A DNA stretch of 50,270 nt, the filler included, from Bipalium vagum (lineage: Eukaryota), in assembly GCA_037834085.1 (NCBI GenBank). It is 3 parts of 3 records of this genome, joined end to end, with 100 filler letters (N's around TTAATTAATTAA, not from the genome) between each part and the next. Parts side by side here need not be neighbours in the genome. Positions count along the whole stretch, not along the records: positions 1 to 15,754 come from JBBMKC010147650.1; positions 15,855 to 33,031 come from JBBMKC010075816.1; 1 more part is not named here. One strand, 5' to 3'. The translations under genes were made by a program, and so were the position numbers. A model generated the notes under the pieces. That model worked only from the letters and a program-made list of their open reading frames with translations. It had not been told where the DNA came from and did not search any database. This document shows positions 14,001 through 27,300 of the stretch, one piece after another (the first letter of the stretch is position 1; each line of letters starts with the position of its first letter).

Positions 14001-14237
14001 GACTGCCGGTCGTTGTTTTAATGATTAAAAATAAATATTTGGTTTGAACTAAATTTTTCTTGTGATGAAAATTGAAATTAATGATATCCGCATTCTTATA
14101 TTTTATGAATGAGAAAGGAATGAACGAGTACTAAAAAGCCAAAGCAATTATAGAAACGATTGACAAATGATCAATTAAGACATACTAAATTAGGATTTGA
14201 TACTAAAATGTTCATATACAGCTAAAAATGTTATATA

Positions 14238-15565
14238 TCAGGTAAAGTACTAAGTTTCTTCGTTTTTTAATTAAAAACTAAACTAAGACTGAAGTTAAAT
14301 ATTATTTATTAATCTTAAAACATTATTAAACAATTAATCATCCAGATATTCCCTATCGTTTTCTATTACTACCTTCCATCTATTTAGAAGTTTATTTATC
14401 CCAGTATTAAAGAAATATCGATCTTTTGAATGAAAGAAAGAAAGCACTTCATTCTTTATACCTTCGGAACTCTTAAAATTTTTACCCATCAAGTGATTCT
14501 GTAATACCCGGAACAAATAAAAATCTGGTGGGGCGATATCGGGACTATATGGCGGATGTTTCATTAGAGTCCAGCTCAAATCCTGAATAACCTTCAATTT
14601 CTTCATTGATTTGTGAGACTTGGCATTATCTTGGTGGAAAATCACTTGTTTTCGGTTTATCAAACTGCTCTGGTTTACCTTCATAATGTCATAAACTCTT
14701 CTTAGCATGTCACAATAGACATCAGAATTAATGGTTCCCCGGATTTGAGAAACTCCTGATAAATAATACCACGAGAATCCCACCAAATGCTTAAAAAAAT
14801 CTTGTTTCGTGTAAGGCTGCGTTTTTCAATTTTTTGCTTAGGCCCTCCTTTCAACGACCACGATCTTCGTTTTGTTATGTTGTCATGATAGATACACTTT
14901 TCATAGCAAGTGACTATCCAGTCGAGAAAAATATCATTTCGGTGTCTTTCGAGAAGTCCTGAACAAATTTCAATGCGATCCAACTTGTTTTTTTCAGCTA
15001 GTTGATGTGGAACTCATTTGTCTAGTTTACAAGTGAATTATAACGCTTTCAGTCGGTTTCTTATGGCTGTATCCCTTATATTTAACTCAAAAGCGATTTA
15101 TTTAGCACTAATTGATCTGTTTTGTTCAAGAAGGTCTATAATTTGATAATCCTCAAACTCTTTTGGCCTTCCAGACCTCTCTTTGTCTTCCATTGAAAAA
15201 TAGCCACTAATGAATTTTTTGAACCAATTTTGCACTGTTCGCAGTTGCAATGTTACTTCACCAAGCACCTCGTTAAGTTTAGAGACAGTTTCATTTGTGC
15301 TTGTGTTATTTTTCCTTTCGTAATAAATAATTGCTCGAATTTGTGATTTGTCCAGCTAACTTTAGAAGCATCTATTCGAGAGGATAATGGTTAATAAAAT
15401 TAATTATACAGTAAATTTGAAACTCACATGTTTAAGCATCAAACTAAAAAAACTAGAAAAAAGGTGACAAAAGAACAAATCGATAAACAAGTTAAGAAGA
15501 GCAAAATCAACAAAGACAGAAACATCGTTATAGTAGCCAATTTAGTAAGAAATTTCTTTTACTTA
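14238..15565 (-). mobile_element. Near full-length defective DD34D mariner transposon
   Basis: Transposase ~15355-14334 in several frames: QIRAIIYYE, TVQNWFKKF..EDKERSGRP, K*VPHQL, IVTCYEKCIYHDN, LSIWWD, HQDNAKSH..HPPYSPDIAPPDFYLF (34 residues between the last two catalytic Asp, counted). Degenerate TIRs at ~14238 and ~15545-15565. Confidence 0.93.
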
Positions 15566-15754
15566 TAAAACTCTGTGCGACAATCGTAAGAGAAGTTTAA
15601 ATTTAAATATCAAACATATACAATAAACTATCAAGTATCTTACTGATTGACTTTTTAATGCTATTAATACTTTCTTATAAATATAGTCCTTTTCAAATTT
15701 ATTGAACAGTTTACATTTTTGTTTTTTATTTGTAGAACTACCCAAATAAGGATA

Positions 15755-15854
15755 NNNNNNNNNNNNNNNNNNNNNNNNNNNNNNNNNNNNNNNNNNNNTT
15801 AATTAATTAANNNNNNNNNNNNNNNNNNNNNNNNNNNNNNNNNNNNNNNNNNNN
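15755..15854. other. Artificial scaffold join (44 N + TTAATTAATTAA + 44 N)
   Basis: Exactly 100 nt with an all-frame stop linker at 15799-15810. Identical structure at 33032-33131. Confidence 0.95.
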
Positions 15855-16149
15855 TTTCAAAAAAATGTTTTACCAGAAATAATATTCGAAAAATGTTCAA
15901 GTCACCCATGTCTATTATCAGATTTCATAGAAGCAGTGAGTTCAAAGATTTTGACTGAATCGGAATATATGAATTTATGCTTTCCAAAGGGGTATGGTCT
16001 TTATCTTCGCTATATTCTTGGAGTGACAATCGGTCTTTTAAAATTCCTTTTTATTCGATGTCTCTATTTCAGACTAAAAGGGGATGTATATTAAATAGGC
16101 TAAAGTTTCCTTTTAATAAATAAATTTGTGAAGATTTGTAGATTTTACT

Positions 16150-16375
16150 TATTTTTGAAATGAAATATGGTCTATTCAACTCACTACCATAAGTACAGGC
16201 CAGACCATGACACCAGGCGAATTAACTAATCTCTCCTTTGCCAATATGAATTGTATAAACAGCAACATTGTTGTGTCTCTTCACACAGCCGTTGATATGA
16301 AATTAAGCCTCGTCGCTCAACAGAATAATGATACAAAGATTTAAATCTCTGCCAAGTTGAATGATGAATTCCTTT
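16150..16375 (-). mobile_element. DD41D (rosa-like) transposase fragment
   Basis: Minus strand IILLSDEA*FHINGCVKRHN and NSPGVMVW..LNRPYF, matching FSDEAxFxLNGxVNRHN and PxVxVW..IGPYFF. Confidence 0.6.
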
Positions 16376-18129
16376 TAATTAAATTTATAAAAAATTTTAA
16401 ATGTTTACTCAAAGTAACAATTTCACATTCTGTATAATAAAAAGAATAAATCAATATGTAATATTTTCAAAATGATAAGTGAGATATCCTTCTTTTAATC
16501 TTTAATAGTTTTATTTGTGAAATGAAGGGTTAATCAAAGGATAAATGGTAGATATAGATTAATATCATTTAATTTGAAGATTAAATATGATTTCAATAAA
16601 TTTAGGTTTACTGAGCTCTGTGTTATGTATAAAAGTTAACCTTATTCATTTTCTCTTTCAGTGAAGGTGTAAGCTCAAACTCAAACTAATTCATATCAAA
16701 CATCAGCCTCGATATTAAACAGATGAGTTTGTATTATAGTATAAGAGAAACTTAAAATTATATATAAAACATATTGAGAATATATAAAATATTGGTAGCA
16801 CACGGTGTTTTTAATTTTCTCTTTAAACCAAAATTGTACGTGATGTAACGTAATAAAATTTTTCATTTTATAAAACATTAATTAAAAACTTAATATTGTC
16901 ACTTTAAAACATTGATTGAGTTATATATAAATGAACCACAAATATTAACATGCAGATCAATTAGGTTGTATGAATATTATAAATAAATAAAATCGATTCG
17001 CCTCCGCGTACCTGTTTATAATATTTGATAAGTTATCTATTTTATTTTGATACTAAAAATCAAATTATTTTTAAAAATTTTTTTTAAATAAGTAAATAAA
17101 TTCTAAAAGTATGACATTAATACTCGAGTTCATTGGCTCTTATTTTCTAAATATAAAATAAAATTAGAAAAATTATTTATTTATTTTTCTCATCCAATTT
17201 TTTTTTCGTAAGAAGACCGTTTTTAATTCTATTTCTATCAAATATTTCTAAACTAATTAATATTTTTCTGAAATAAATTAATGTCAATTATTAATTATTT
17301 CATAGAGAATATCGATTTTATTTAAGTTATTGACATTGTTTAGAAAATAATTGTAATTATTTACTACTTAAATCAATTCGATCAACACATACATTTGTGT
17401 CAATTTGTGAAAAAATAATAACTGAGATTTTTTATTTAGAATAAATATTTAATATTTTACATCTTGTGGTACGTATAATATGTGAAGAATCTGTACAATA
17501 ACCGCCCCATACGTGCTTGAATATTTTCTGCTAAATTAAAGACCTAACCCAAATGGAAATGCTTAACCACGCCCATGTGTAATGAAAAATATGTGATGCC
17601 AATTGTAAAAAAAATTAAAATTCAGTACGATAATAAATGGTTACTGTACTAAGTAAAACGAAATCGTTTTTCAAATATTATTTTTATTATTAAATTTATT
17701 TATTTATTTTATTATATATTATAATAATTAAAAATAAATGTTTTAAAAATTCAATTTTTATTTCTATTTTATTGATTTTTTCAAAATCTTTTATTTGAAA
17801 TTTTTTTGTAGCCATGAGTTTTTCAGTAAATCGTTTATGAAATATGTGCCTAAAATATTGTTTCTTTCAAAAGTAGAATGTTCTGAATGAAAAACAAGGA
17901 TCAGTTCAGTAGTCCTAATTTGTAAATTCATGCACTGGGTATTTTGAATAGAAATTAAAAATTGTATCTGTTCAGTGAAGTTATTAGATTCAGCCTCAAT
18001 CTCCTTTTGCAACCTGATACAAATTTTAAAATTCCAGATGTTATTTTTAATGATGCAGTTTTCATTGAGTTATATTATGTTAGAGTTGTGAAAAGTACAA
18101 TTTAGTAACGGCATAATAAAATGTATTCG

Positions 18130-19360
18130 GCTTTGATGTATTTTTTATGGGGAATGTACTGGGTGTCCACAAAGTCAATAGCGTTCAAATGTTTCTCAAT
18201 TTTAAAATCACCAAATACTTGATTGATTAGTGATTAACTGCATTATTCATCGCTGTTCTTTGCATGCGACCCGTATACAACCATCCTCTCCTTTTCATTC
18301 TCGTCTGATTGTGACAATACGGCTCCAATTGCTTCAAAACTGGCGTCAGTATCTAAAATAAATGTTCTTTTAATATCTGGAAAAGCTAACATTGGAAGTT
18401 TCTTATAATTCTTATAAAGGCTTCATCACACAATTCAGTCTAGACCAGTTGCTCATTATTCTTTCCACTCAATTGGTTTTATTATTACTTTTTAAAGTGT
18501 CCGTATATCAATTTCTGATATTAATTACAAATACACAGGAAGCTTCTTAAATTTTTAATACACTGATTTTCGAAAATTGATTGTTTCAATTCTCATTGGA
18601 TCTGTTCTGATTCCTTGTTTGTTAATTATATGATCCAAAAAGTTGATCACTTTTAAAAACTAGACATTTCCTAGAGTTCAATAGTAGCCTGGTCTCCTTT
18701 ATTCTCTTTAAAACTTCATTTAAAATCTCATAATTACCTTCAAAAAATTTTTGAATCATTTTGTTGTCTAAATAGAACATCAAGTAACTTAAATAAACTA
18801 AAACTTTTGAAAAGTTCTTTGGGCCACCGCCATACCGAAAGACCTTGTTGTAAAACAAATTTGTTTTTCTTTGTTAGAAAAAGCTGTTTTTCCCTTTAAA
18901 TCTTTTCGCCAATTCCACTTGATTTTATGCATTATGCAAATCAGCTATAATAAAATATTTTGCTCCTTTTAATTTATCCAATAAATTCTTTAGGCTCGGC
19001 ATAGGAAAAGACTGTCATTCAGTCACCTTATTCAATTTTCTATAATCTAGATACAGTCTGTAATCCTTTCTTTTTACCATTCGCAAATTAGTGGAGTAGT
19101 GCGTAACACATTAAAATCTCTTACATTTTTGAAATGTATTGGTTGCCTCTATGGTTTTGATCTCGTGTTTAATCAATTTTATACATTCAATATCCCAAGA
19201 ATCTGGCATGAATTTTTCTTTGGTGTTTTCTAAAACCTCAAAGATTATTTTGTTTAGGACGATTTATATTTATACTAGCTCCGGTGTCTAATAAATATTC
19301 GATTTCGTTGCCCTGTATTATTATAGTTATATATGGTTTTCCTTTCATCATGTTGTATTT
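18130..19360 (-). mobile_element. Decayed Ty3/gypsy LTR retrotransposon pol (protease-RT-RNase H)
   Basis: Minus strand in gypsy order: protease KPYITIIIQGNEIEYLLDTGASINI (~19270-19345), RT YRLYLDYRKLNKVTE*QSFPMP..LDKLKGAKYF..KTAFS and MFYLDN, RNase H PMLAFPDIKRTFILDTDASFEAIGAVLSQ (~18315-18395). Many stops and deletions. LTRs and integrase not identified. Confidence 0.9.
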
Positions 19361-20636
19361 GGTATTCTGTCCTTCTAAACTATTCCACGTTACCTTTTCA
19401 ATTTCATCTCTATTTCCATTACCTTTTTATAGAAATCGGTTCAACTTTTCGAACTCTCTCTTCTCCTGATTTGTTCTCGTTTTCACCACTACTTTCACAT
19501 TCCCAATTAATTTCCTCTCATGGTGAAATCGTATTCCTACATCTAGTTCAAGGCTCCGATCACCTCGACTTCAAACAGAGCCTAAACTTTTGGAAATTCA
19601 AAATATACATATGTTTGTCTTTTTCCATTTTGTACTGTCTTTCTCTGTCTTCTATTCTTCTATTTCTGATTTTTTACTTGTTATTAGAAATGATTCTGAA
19701 AAATTTTGAGATAAAAAATTGGATATTTTTTGTTAAGAATCGTCTATTTTTTAAAAAAGAAAAATAAAAAACATACTTAGAATCTAAATCAAATTTGACT
19801 AACATTTTGATATAATTTGAAACTAATTATATTTGCATTTTCTAGATGCACCAAATAACTAATTTGTTAGGTCAATTTTTATTTTTTTGAGAAGCCGAAC
19901 TTGCTACTAACCGTTGATTTACTTAACTCTATTAATACTAAAAAGATTGAGAGGTAACCTTAATAATCGATTGTTAGTTAAAATTGAATCTGAATCCAAA
20001 AGCCTCAAATGCGATTCACAAATAAAAATCAAGGCAAATAAAAAACACGTTTTATGAGTCTAAAATATATTTATAGTACAACAAATTGCAAAAGGAAAAA
20101 AAATTAAATAAATATAAAAATAATCTCTCACTTCTAATCTCACTACTTTTCAACCGACTAGTTTGGTGAAACACAAACAAGAGACAGGTCACAAGAACGA
20201 TATAAGAAATTAAATATTAATTACTTGAATCGTTTAGTTCTAATTGATTTCAAACTTATTAGTAGTACAACTGTCGCAGTAAAACTGATCATATGATTAC
20301 TATCACTTTATTTTTTTTATTTATCTTACTGACTTTAGTTTTTGTCTTTGTAGTTTTTCTCTGTTTAGTAGGCAAATACATAATTCTCGGACAACAACAC
20401 CATTACTACTATCTTAAATCAACCTACCTGAATGAAATTATGTTCAGACTCCATAGGTAACATCAGCAAGGCTTAGAGAGCTCATTACTTCAAGCTTCAC
20501 TGAATTTAGAGTTTCTTTTACCTAGATCAACATTATTTAATTTATTTATACCTTTTATTATATTCATTATACATAGAATTTACATAAAATAAGCAAATTT
20601 ATGTGATCACCAAATAAAACAGAAGTAGAAGCAGTA

Positions 20637-20720
20637 CAGTAGTAGCAGTTTTAAGAGAACCTCTTTATAACAGATACAGTTCGGATTTCCCAACCTATTC
20701 CTTATAACGAGGTCTGACTG
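20637..20720. mobile_element. Possible tiny Tigger-type MITE relic
   Basis: TA-CAGT..ACTG-TA ends. The right end reads CAGTCAGACCTCGTTATAAG on the minus strand; the left end is degenerate. Confidence 0.3.
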
Positions 20721-21393
20721 TACATTAAAATATGTATTAATCAACGCAAATCAAAAATAAGATGAAAATCAAATTGAATCAAGAGGTTTCATATAGATGT
20801 TTCTTCATTAATTAATGCTCTTCTTCGAGATGATATCTTGGACTGATCACCATAACTTTGTGATCATGCTATTAAAAAAGTTAATTGAACAATACCTTCT
20901 TTTGAACACATAAATGCATCTTTTCTTTTGATTACAATGAATTTAAAACCATCCTTTGAAGATCTTGCGGTCGAGTATGAATTTGTTAACTGATGTCCGA
21001 ATACTTTTATTTCTATTATGCTCGGGTATCACTTTAATTGACATGATTTGTTGTATTTCATCTAAAAAGGTGAAACAGTCAATAATTCATTAAGTAAATA
21101 TTTCATTTTCCAACAGTTTTCGATTATAGGTATTTATTTGAATTTTTCAAAAATTAAAAGTCTTCATTGTCTGCTTTTAACCATGAAGACCTATCGGGCA
21201 TTATTTAATGTTTTAGAGTTAGATTTTCATATTTTAAATAATTGTTTAAATATTTGTTATAAATTTTGATATTATTAAATAAATTGTGATATTTGTTTTT
21301 AATTTTGATTTTTGAATGAAAAATCTAAAAGATATTCATTTCTATTTTTAATATTTTTATTTTATGTTAAATAATTCGCACCTGAGATTTGTC

Positions 21394-24300
21394 ATGCAAC
21401 CTAATTCAGAAAGTATGTATAATTCAAAGTTTATTTCTTATAAACATTGGAATTAAGATTCTACCAGTTTAATTGATTTATCAGAAATTTCAGTCAATCC
21501 AATATCAGATAAGAAAAGAAGTTTCCTTTGTCAGAAGATTGTTTCATTTTGTTATTGTTGTGGCAAGGATTGGTTGTTTGATCGTTTGAATTCTTCAGAC
21601 AGTAGTGATATGTGGTGTATTTCCGATATTTGTGGAAGTATTTGTGCATTATTTACTTGGTTACTTATTCTTTATCCTTGTGTCGTGCTATTGTTTGTTG
21701 TGTTTATACCAATTGATTCGAATTGGTTTCGGTTTATTAATGGAATAATATTTTACTCACTAGCAGCAATGGCAGTTCTTTCACATATCAAGTCAGTGTT
21801 TACTGATCCTGTAAGAATTTTTATATGTTAATTCAAAAATTTTGTTATAATAATATCAAGAGTATTATTGTAAATAAAATAACTCATGATTGTAATGAAA
21901 ATTTTACTGAAATAATTAAAAGTAATCTATTGTACAAGAAGTTGAGTTTAATTTCGGCGGTAATTTATTTATGGCTTGTGATCTGTAGACTATCCATATG
22001 ATCTGATTATCGTGTTGATTAATGTTATAAATAAATTGTTTTAAAACAATAATACATCTGTAACTGAACGTAATTCACTAATAAGCTCTATTAGTATAAA
22101 ATAGGATGTTTAATAATCGATCTAAAAGTTTTATTTGAAAGAAATATTAAATCAATAAATACTTTGAAAAGAAAATTTCACTTTAAAATTGAAAGATGTG
22201 GAAAAGAATTTTTCATTTCACTTTGGTTCACTTTTGATTTTTTTCTCAGGGTGCAGTGGCTAAAGGAAATGCTACGGAAGAGAACATTAAGCAATTACCG
22301 ATTTCCGATAAACCTTTTGTACGATGCATGAAGTGTAATTCGATCAAACCAATGCGTGCCCATCACTGCAGGTATGAGTTGTGATATTCTCAGTCGATTA
22401 TCACTTTTATTACTGATCTTCATAAATCATTGATTTTTTATCTTATTTTATTATAAAAATATTTTTGGAATGTGCTGATGATTCATTTTGAAGTATTGAA
22501 CAAAAGAATTGATTTCTGAGTGCTACCTTTCATTGTTATTGTAGCATTTAAGGAATTATTATTTTGCTCATTTGATACCTTGGATTATTATTAGTATTAG
22601 TTATATTATTAATCAATTATTAATACTAATATTATTATTTATTTTTTATAAAGATTAAAATATTTGGAATTTTCGGAGATTTATGAAAAATTTTGGAAAA
22701 TAGAAGATTTCGTCAATATTTTATATTGATATTTAAAAGCAGTAGTATCATGAGATAATTTTTAATACTGAGCATGCAAGTTTTGGCGAAGACAGTCTTT
22801 CGGTTATTTGTGAATTCTCTAACTTTCATTGATTTTCTTAAATTAATTCTGTTTTAATTGTGAGCAATTGTGTCACATTTCGAAATAGATAGGTAATTTA
22901 ATTATTTAGTAAACAATGATCAGTGATGCAGAGCACTTTATTAATATTAATAATTTTTATGTCAAAAATGGAATAAACCAGAAACATTAACATATAAAGA
23001 GGAGAAAGTAAAAACCAATCTGATTAATTTAAAAATATTTTATTTAAAGTAATCAGAATATAATCCTATAAAAATAGGGACGAATGATGCTCGTCCTTAG
23101 AAGTTTAATATACCGAAATGTCAATGAGGTCTTTTCAGGAAATTTGTTAATATGTTTTTTGTTTTATTATTTTTCGCTAAGCCTAGTGATTAACTGACAT
23201 CAAAGAATCGTAGATCGAGAAAAAGCTTTCTCATAAATATTTTGAAAATCAATACAAACACTTCTAGTATATATATAATTTTACAAATTATGACATATGT
23301 CAGAAGGCTTTCATAAATGTTCAGTTTGGAAAAGTTCTTTAAACTCCGACAATCCAAATAAATTGTACTTTTTGATTTATTATTATTTCTAAAAAGGTTT
23401 TCTGATAGTGAATTTCAAGATCACACATAAACTAAAACCAGTTTTGTTTCAATTAAAGTTTGAATAAAAATTATTTTTCGTTATTTGTTGACTTGGATTA
23501 TTTAGTATTTTGAAAATCTGCTTTATCGAAATATTTATAGTGTCTGCCAAAGATGTGTCAGAAAAATGGACCATCATTGTCCGTGGATCAACAACTGTGT
23601 TGGTGAAGACAATCAGAAATACTTTGTCATGTTCACAGTAAGATATATTGTTTGTGGCTGTGTTCAATTGTATCAACTCAGTTTTTAATCATTCTAATTT
23701 ATTAAATTGTCGATTGTACTTGCTTTTATTTTCAAATTTATGAAATCTTTGCTTAATAATAATAAGTAAATAACGGGTTACAACTAAAAATTTGCACTAA
23801 CTTTGAATGCAAATAAAATTTCTACAATATAACCAAAATTCAATTCTGTTTAAAAACAATCATAAGCTGTTGTATATAATTGATTTAATATATAATATCG
23901 ACTTGTTTAACAAAATTAATCTTAGAAATGATGTCAAAACAAGAAGTACTTCGAATTTAAATTGTACAATTTTATGAAAAATATATTGATGTTGGCACAA
24001 AGTTCACCGTGGATCATTTTTTCTTGGAAGGTTTGCCAAAACGCACAACCTATAATATTTTTCAAGGTCAACCAATAAATCGTAAACCAGGATCTGGCAG
24101 AATTGCAACTATTATGACAAGTAAACGTTAAAAATTCCTGGAGCGCATGTTCGATAATAAAAGTCAAAATGAACCGGCAACAACTTTTGGTTGTACTCAA
24201 CAATATATTTCGAAAGCATGGAAATTGAAAAAGGTTGGTGTGTGGTAGCCAGGAAGAAGAGCAAGTCACCAGTATATACGGAATCGGATATATTACAAGT

Positions 24301-27300
24301 AAAAAGAAGATGTCGTTGGATTGTCAAAAATTACTCGAGAAAAATTTATATTTTGGATGACGAAAGTTATTTCCCTTTAAGTAAGAATGAAATGATCGGT
24401 AATGACACTTATTACTTAAATGATCTAAGTATTAAATAAACTAAATTCAAGTTTAAAAAGAAATTTGAGCCAAAGGTATAGTTGCATAGTTGTCTCAAGC
24501 AAAGGTGTGCCTGAACCATATTTTAAGCCAAATGGTCTGGGATCAACAATGAAATTTATGAAAAGGTATGTTTGGCTAAAATTTTAATTCTATTCATTCA
24601 AAAATATCATGCCAACAATCATTATGTATTTTGATCCGACAAAGCCTCATCACATTATACGAAAACCGTAATCAACTTTCTGAAGTCAAAAAATATCCCA
24701 TTTGTTCCAAAAGATAGGAACCCAATAAATCTTCCAGTGTCGTCCAATTGAAGATTTCTTCGGTGAACTGAGTAGTTTAGTGTACAGAAAAGGTTGGAAA
24801 GCCAAAGCTATCAAACAATTAAAAACACGTTTGAGGAAGTGTTTGAAAGAAATGGATATAACTGTCGTACAACGTGCATGTTGTACAATCAATACGAAAC
24901 TACGTTCTGTTGCTGATAATGGACCTTTCATTGAAAATCATTAACATTTTGTAGTTTGTTAAATATTGTTCTATAGCAAACATTTTAAACATCTATGATT
25001 GATGCAAGAATCTGTAAGTTAGTGCAAATTTTTAGATGTAACCCACCCGTTAAATAAATATTTATTATTAAAGTCAGAAATTTTTCATTAATTAGAAATT
25101 ATTCAATTCACCTTTTATTTACGCTTTTCACCTTTTTATTTAATTAAGTTTATGTGATTTGCAAGATTACTCTTGATTTTGTTATTTCTTCAGTTCTACA
25201 TTTTCCTGATGTCCAGTTTCGCGCTTTATATTTGTATTCACTTTTTTATATTTTGTCTTAAAGATGGATGGAAAGGTAGGTTTTGTTTTACTCCATCTAT
25301 ACTTGATTAAATAATGTTACTTTTACTATTAATATTATTTAATCCAATTTATTTTAGACTTCATGTTGCAGAAAAGTGAATTTTCACCTCTTACTAAATC
25401 TTTGCTTTTATTATCTGTTTCATTTGAATCAATAATTTTTGGATTGTTCACATTAATTATGTGCATCAGCCAATTATGCAGTGTGGCCAATGACAGAACA
25501 GTACGTTATTATTTATTTCCAATAAATCAATACAGAGATAACTATAATAACCAATGACATCATCAGTCTTTCGTTCGGTAGAGTAATATTAGCTTTATTA
25601 CAGAGTCCGATAAAAGTTCGGAAAAATTTTAAATCAATAAATTTAATTTCCTTAATGTATGCAGTTACACAAATAATCTAAATAAACAAACAAGACTACT
25701 ATTCAAATCAGCAATACTTATTAAATTTGTCTACGGTTTATTTTATTACATTTTTGTATACATTTCATGTTTTAACCGTTTAAATTAAAGGTTTATTGAT
25801 TTTATTTAAATTTGAAATATTGATTAAAATATTCTAAAATTTATTTTATTATTAAACTTCTTAAATCAAGGTATCTTCTGATTTTAAAATTACTAATTCC
25901 AGTTAAATATGCACATCATTGTGTATTTCGAAACCGAGGATTTTAATTGAAATTTCATCCATTCTCGATGCAACCGTGAAAATTGTTGAAGAAGAACTTG
26001 ATGTTCTGCTTCAATTTTTTAAAAGTTTTTACCAAATTTCGCTTCAGTGATTTTAGAGGTTTCTATTCTCCATATAGCCAGTGGGTTAAAGTATGGAAAC
26101 AGAATATATATATCTGAACATGCTCAACAATTTATTTGATATTTGATTAGAAAATATATTTTTTATAGACCAGAAAATATTTTCGATTGCAATTTGATAG
26201 ATGACGAAAAAAGTCTATCTTCACAGACGTATCTATGATTTGATTGGACAAATGAAGAAAACCGAATTGATAAAACATTTTCAACTGGAAAATGCCCTGC
26301 TTGGAACGATCTATCGGATCATCAAATGCTTTGAGGATGGTATTCCATGTGAAAATATGGAAAGAAAAAGTCATCCAAATAAATTAGGCAAAAAACACCA
26401 ACAACAACTTTAAGATTGTACGAAAAATACTGCTGGTGTGAGTCAATGAAAGCTCGCCTCAAAATGTAATGTCTCAAGATCTTGCATTCTTCGAAATATT
26501 TTAAAAATTGTTTAAAATATTATAAGAGACAAAAAGTGCCAAAGTACAATGAACTGCAGTTCGAACAAATGTCTACCAAGTGTTGAAGATTAGAAGTTTA
26601 TCAAAGAAAAGAAAATTCATCATGATGGACAACGAAAAACATTTCAAATTTTCGTCTGATAATTGCAGGGAAATTCATGATTTTGTTCATGCGACAAATG
26701 AAGTAGTTCAATAGATCTAAAATTAAATGTAAAGAGAAGTTCGCACCTTAAGTTCTCATATGGCTGATTATATTTAGTGAAGGTGTTTCTGCACCATTTA
26801 TTGGTAAGACCAATGGTCCAGCTGAAGCAGATGATATCGTCAAAAATGCATACAAAAAAATATTGCAGTTTATCATAAAAACATTCACAAGATGAATTTA
26901 ATTTTTGGCTAGACCTTACCACGGGTCATGCAAAAAAAACAAGATCAACACAATATATCTTTTGTACTGAAACATGAATTCACTGAACGTTCCTAAGTTA
27001 GGCCGATCGATGATTTTTGGTCTATTTTGGCTAATATGGATTAAAAGCAAAGTTGAATAGCTATGAATGCAGATCAGTTAATAAATAGAATCAAACGACA
27101 ATTGAAAAAAATAGATTTGCAATTGTCCAAACCATGACGCAATGTCTATGCGGAAAGTTTAGATTAATTGAAGAACAAGAACCGTTTTCTATTCTCTGAT
27201 TGGTTGATTGTTTTCATTTAACTTTCATGTAGTTTTTATAAAATAATCAGAAAATAAAATTTTTAAGTGTCTTAGAAATACAGTAGAACCCGGATGTAAG

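Noticed and set aside
15855-16343. Two open plus-strand frames of ~80 and ~60 codons after the join
   Set aside because: No recognisable motif, and the second is antisense to a DD41D transposase fragment.
19284-19767. Hydrophobic plus-strand ORFs (61 and 144 aa)
   Set aside because: Antisense to purine-rich gypsy gag/protease sequence.
20800-21200. Possible divergent transcript sharing the ZDHHC promoter
   Set aside because: Splice-like signals exist, but no frame stays open and there is no expression evidence.
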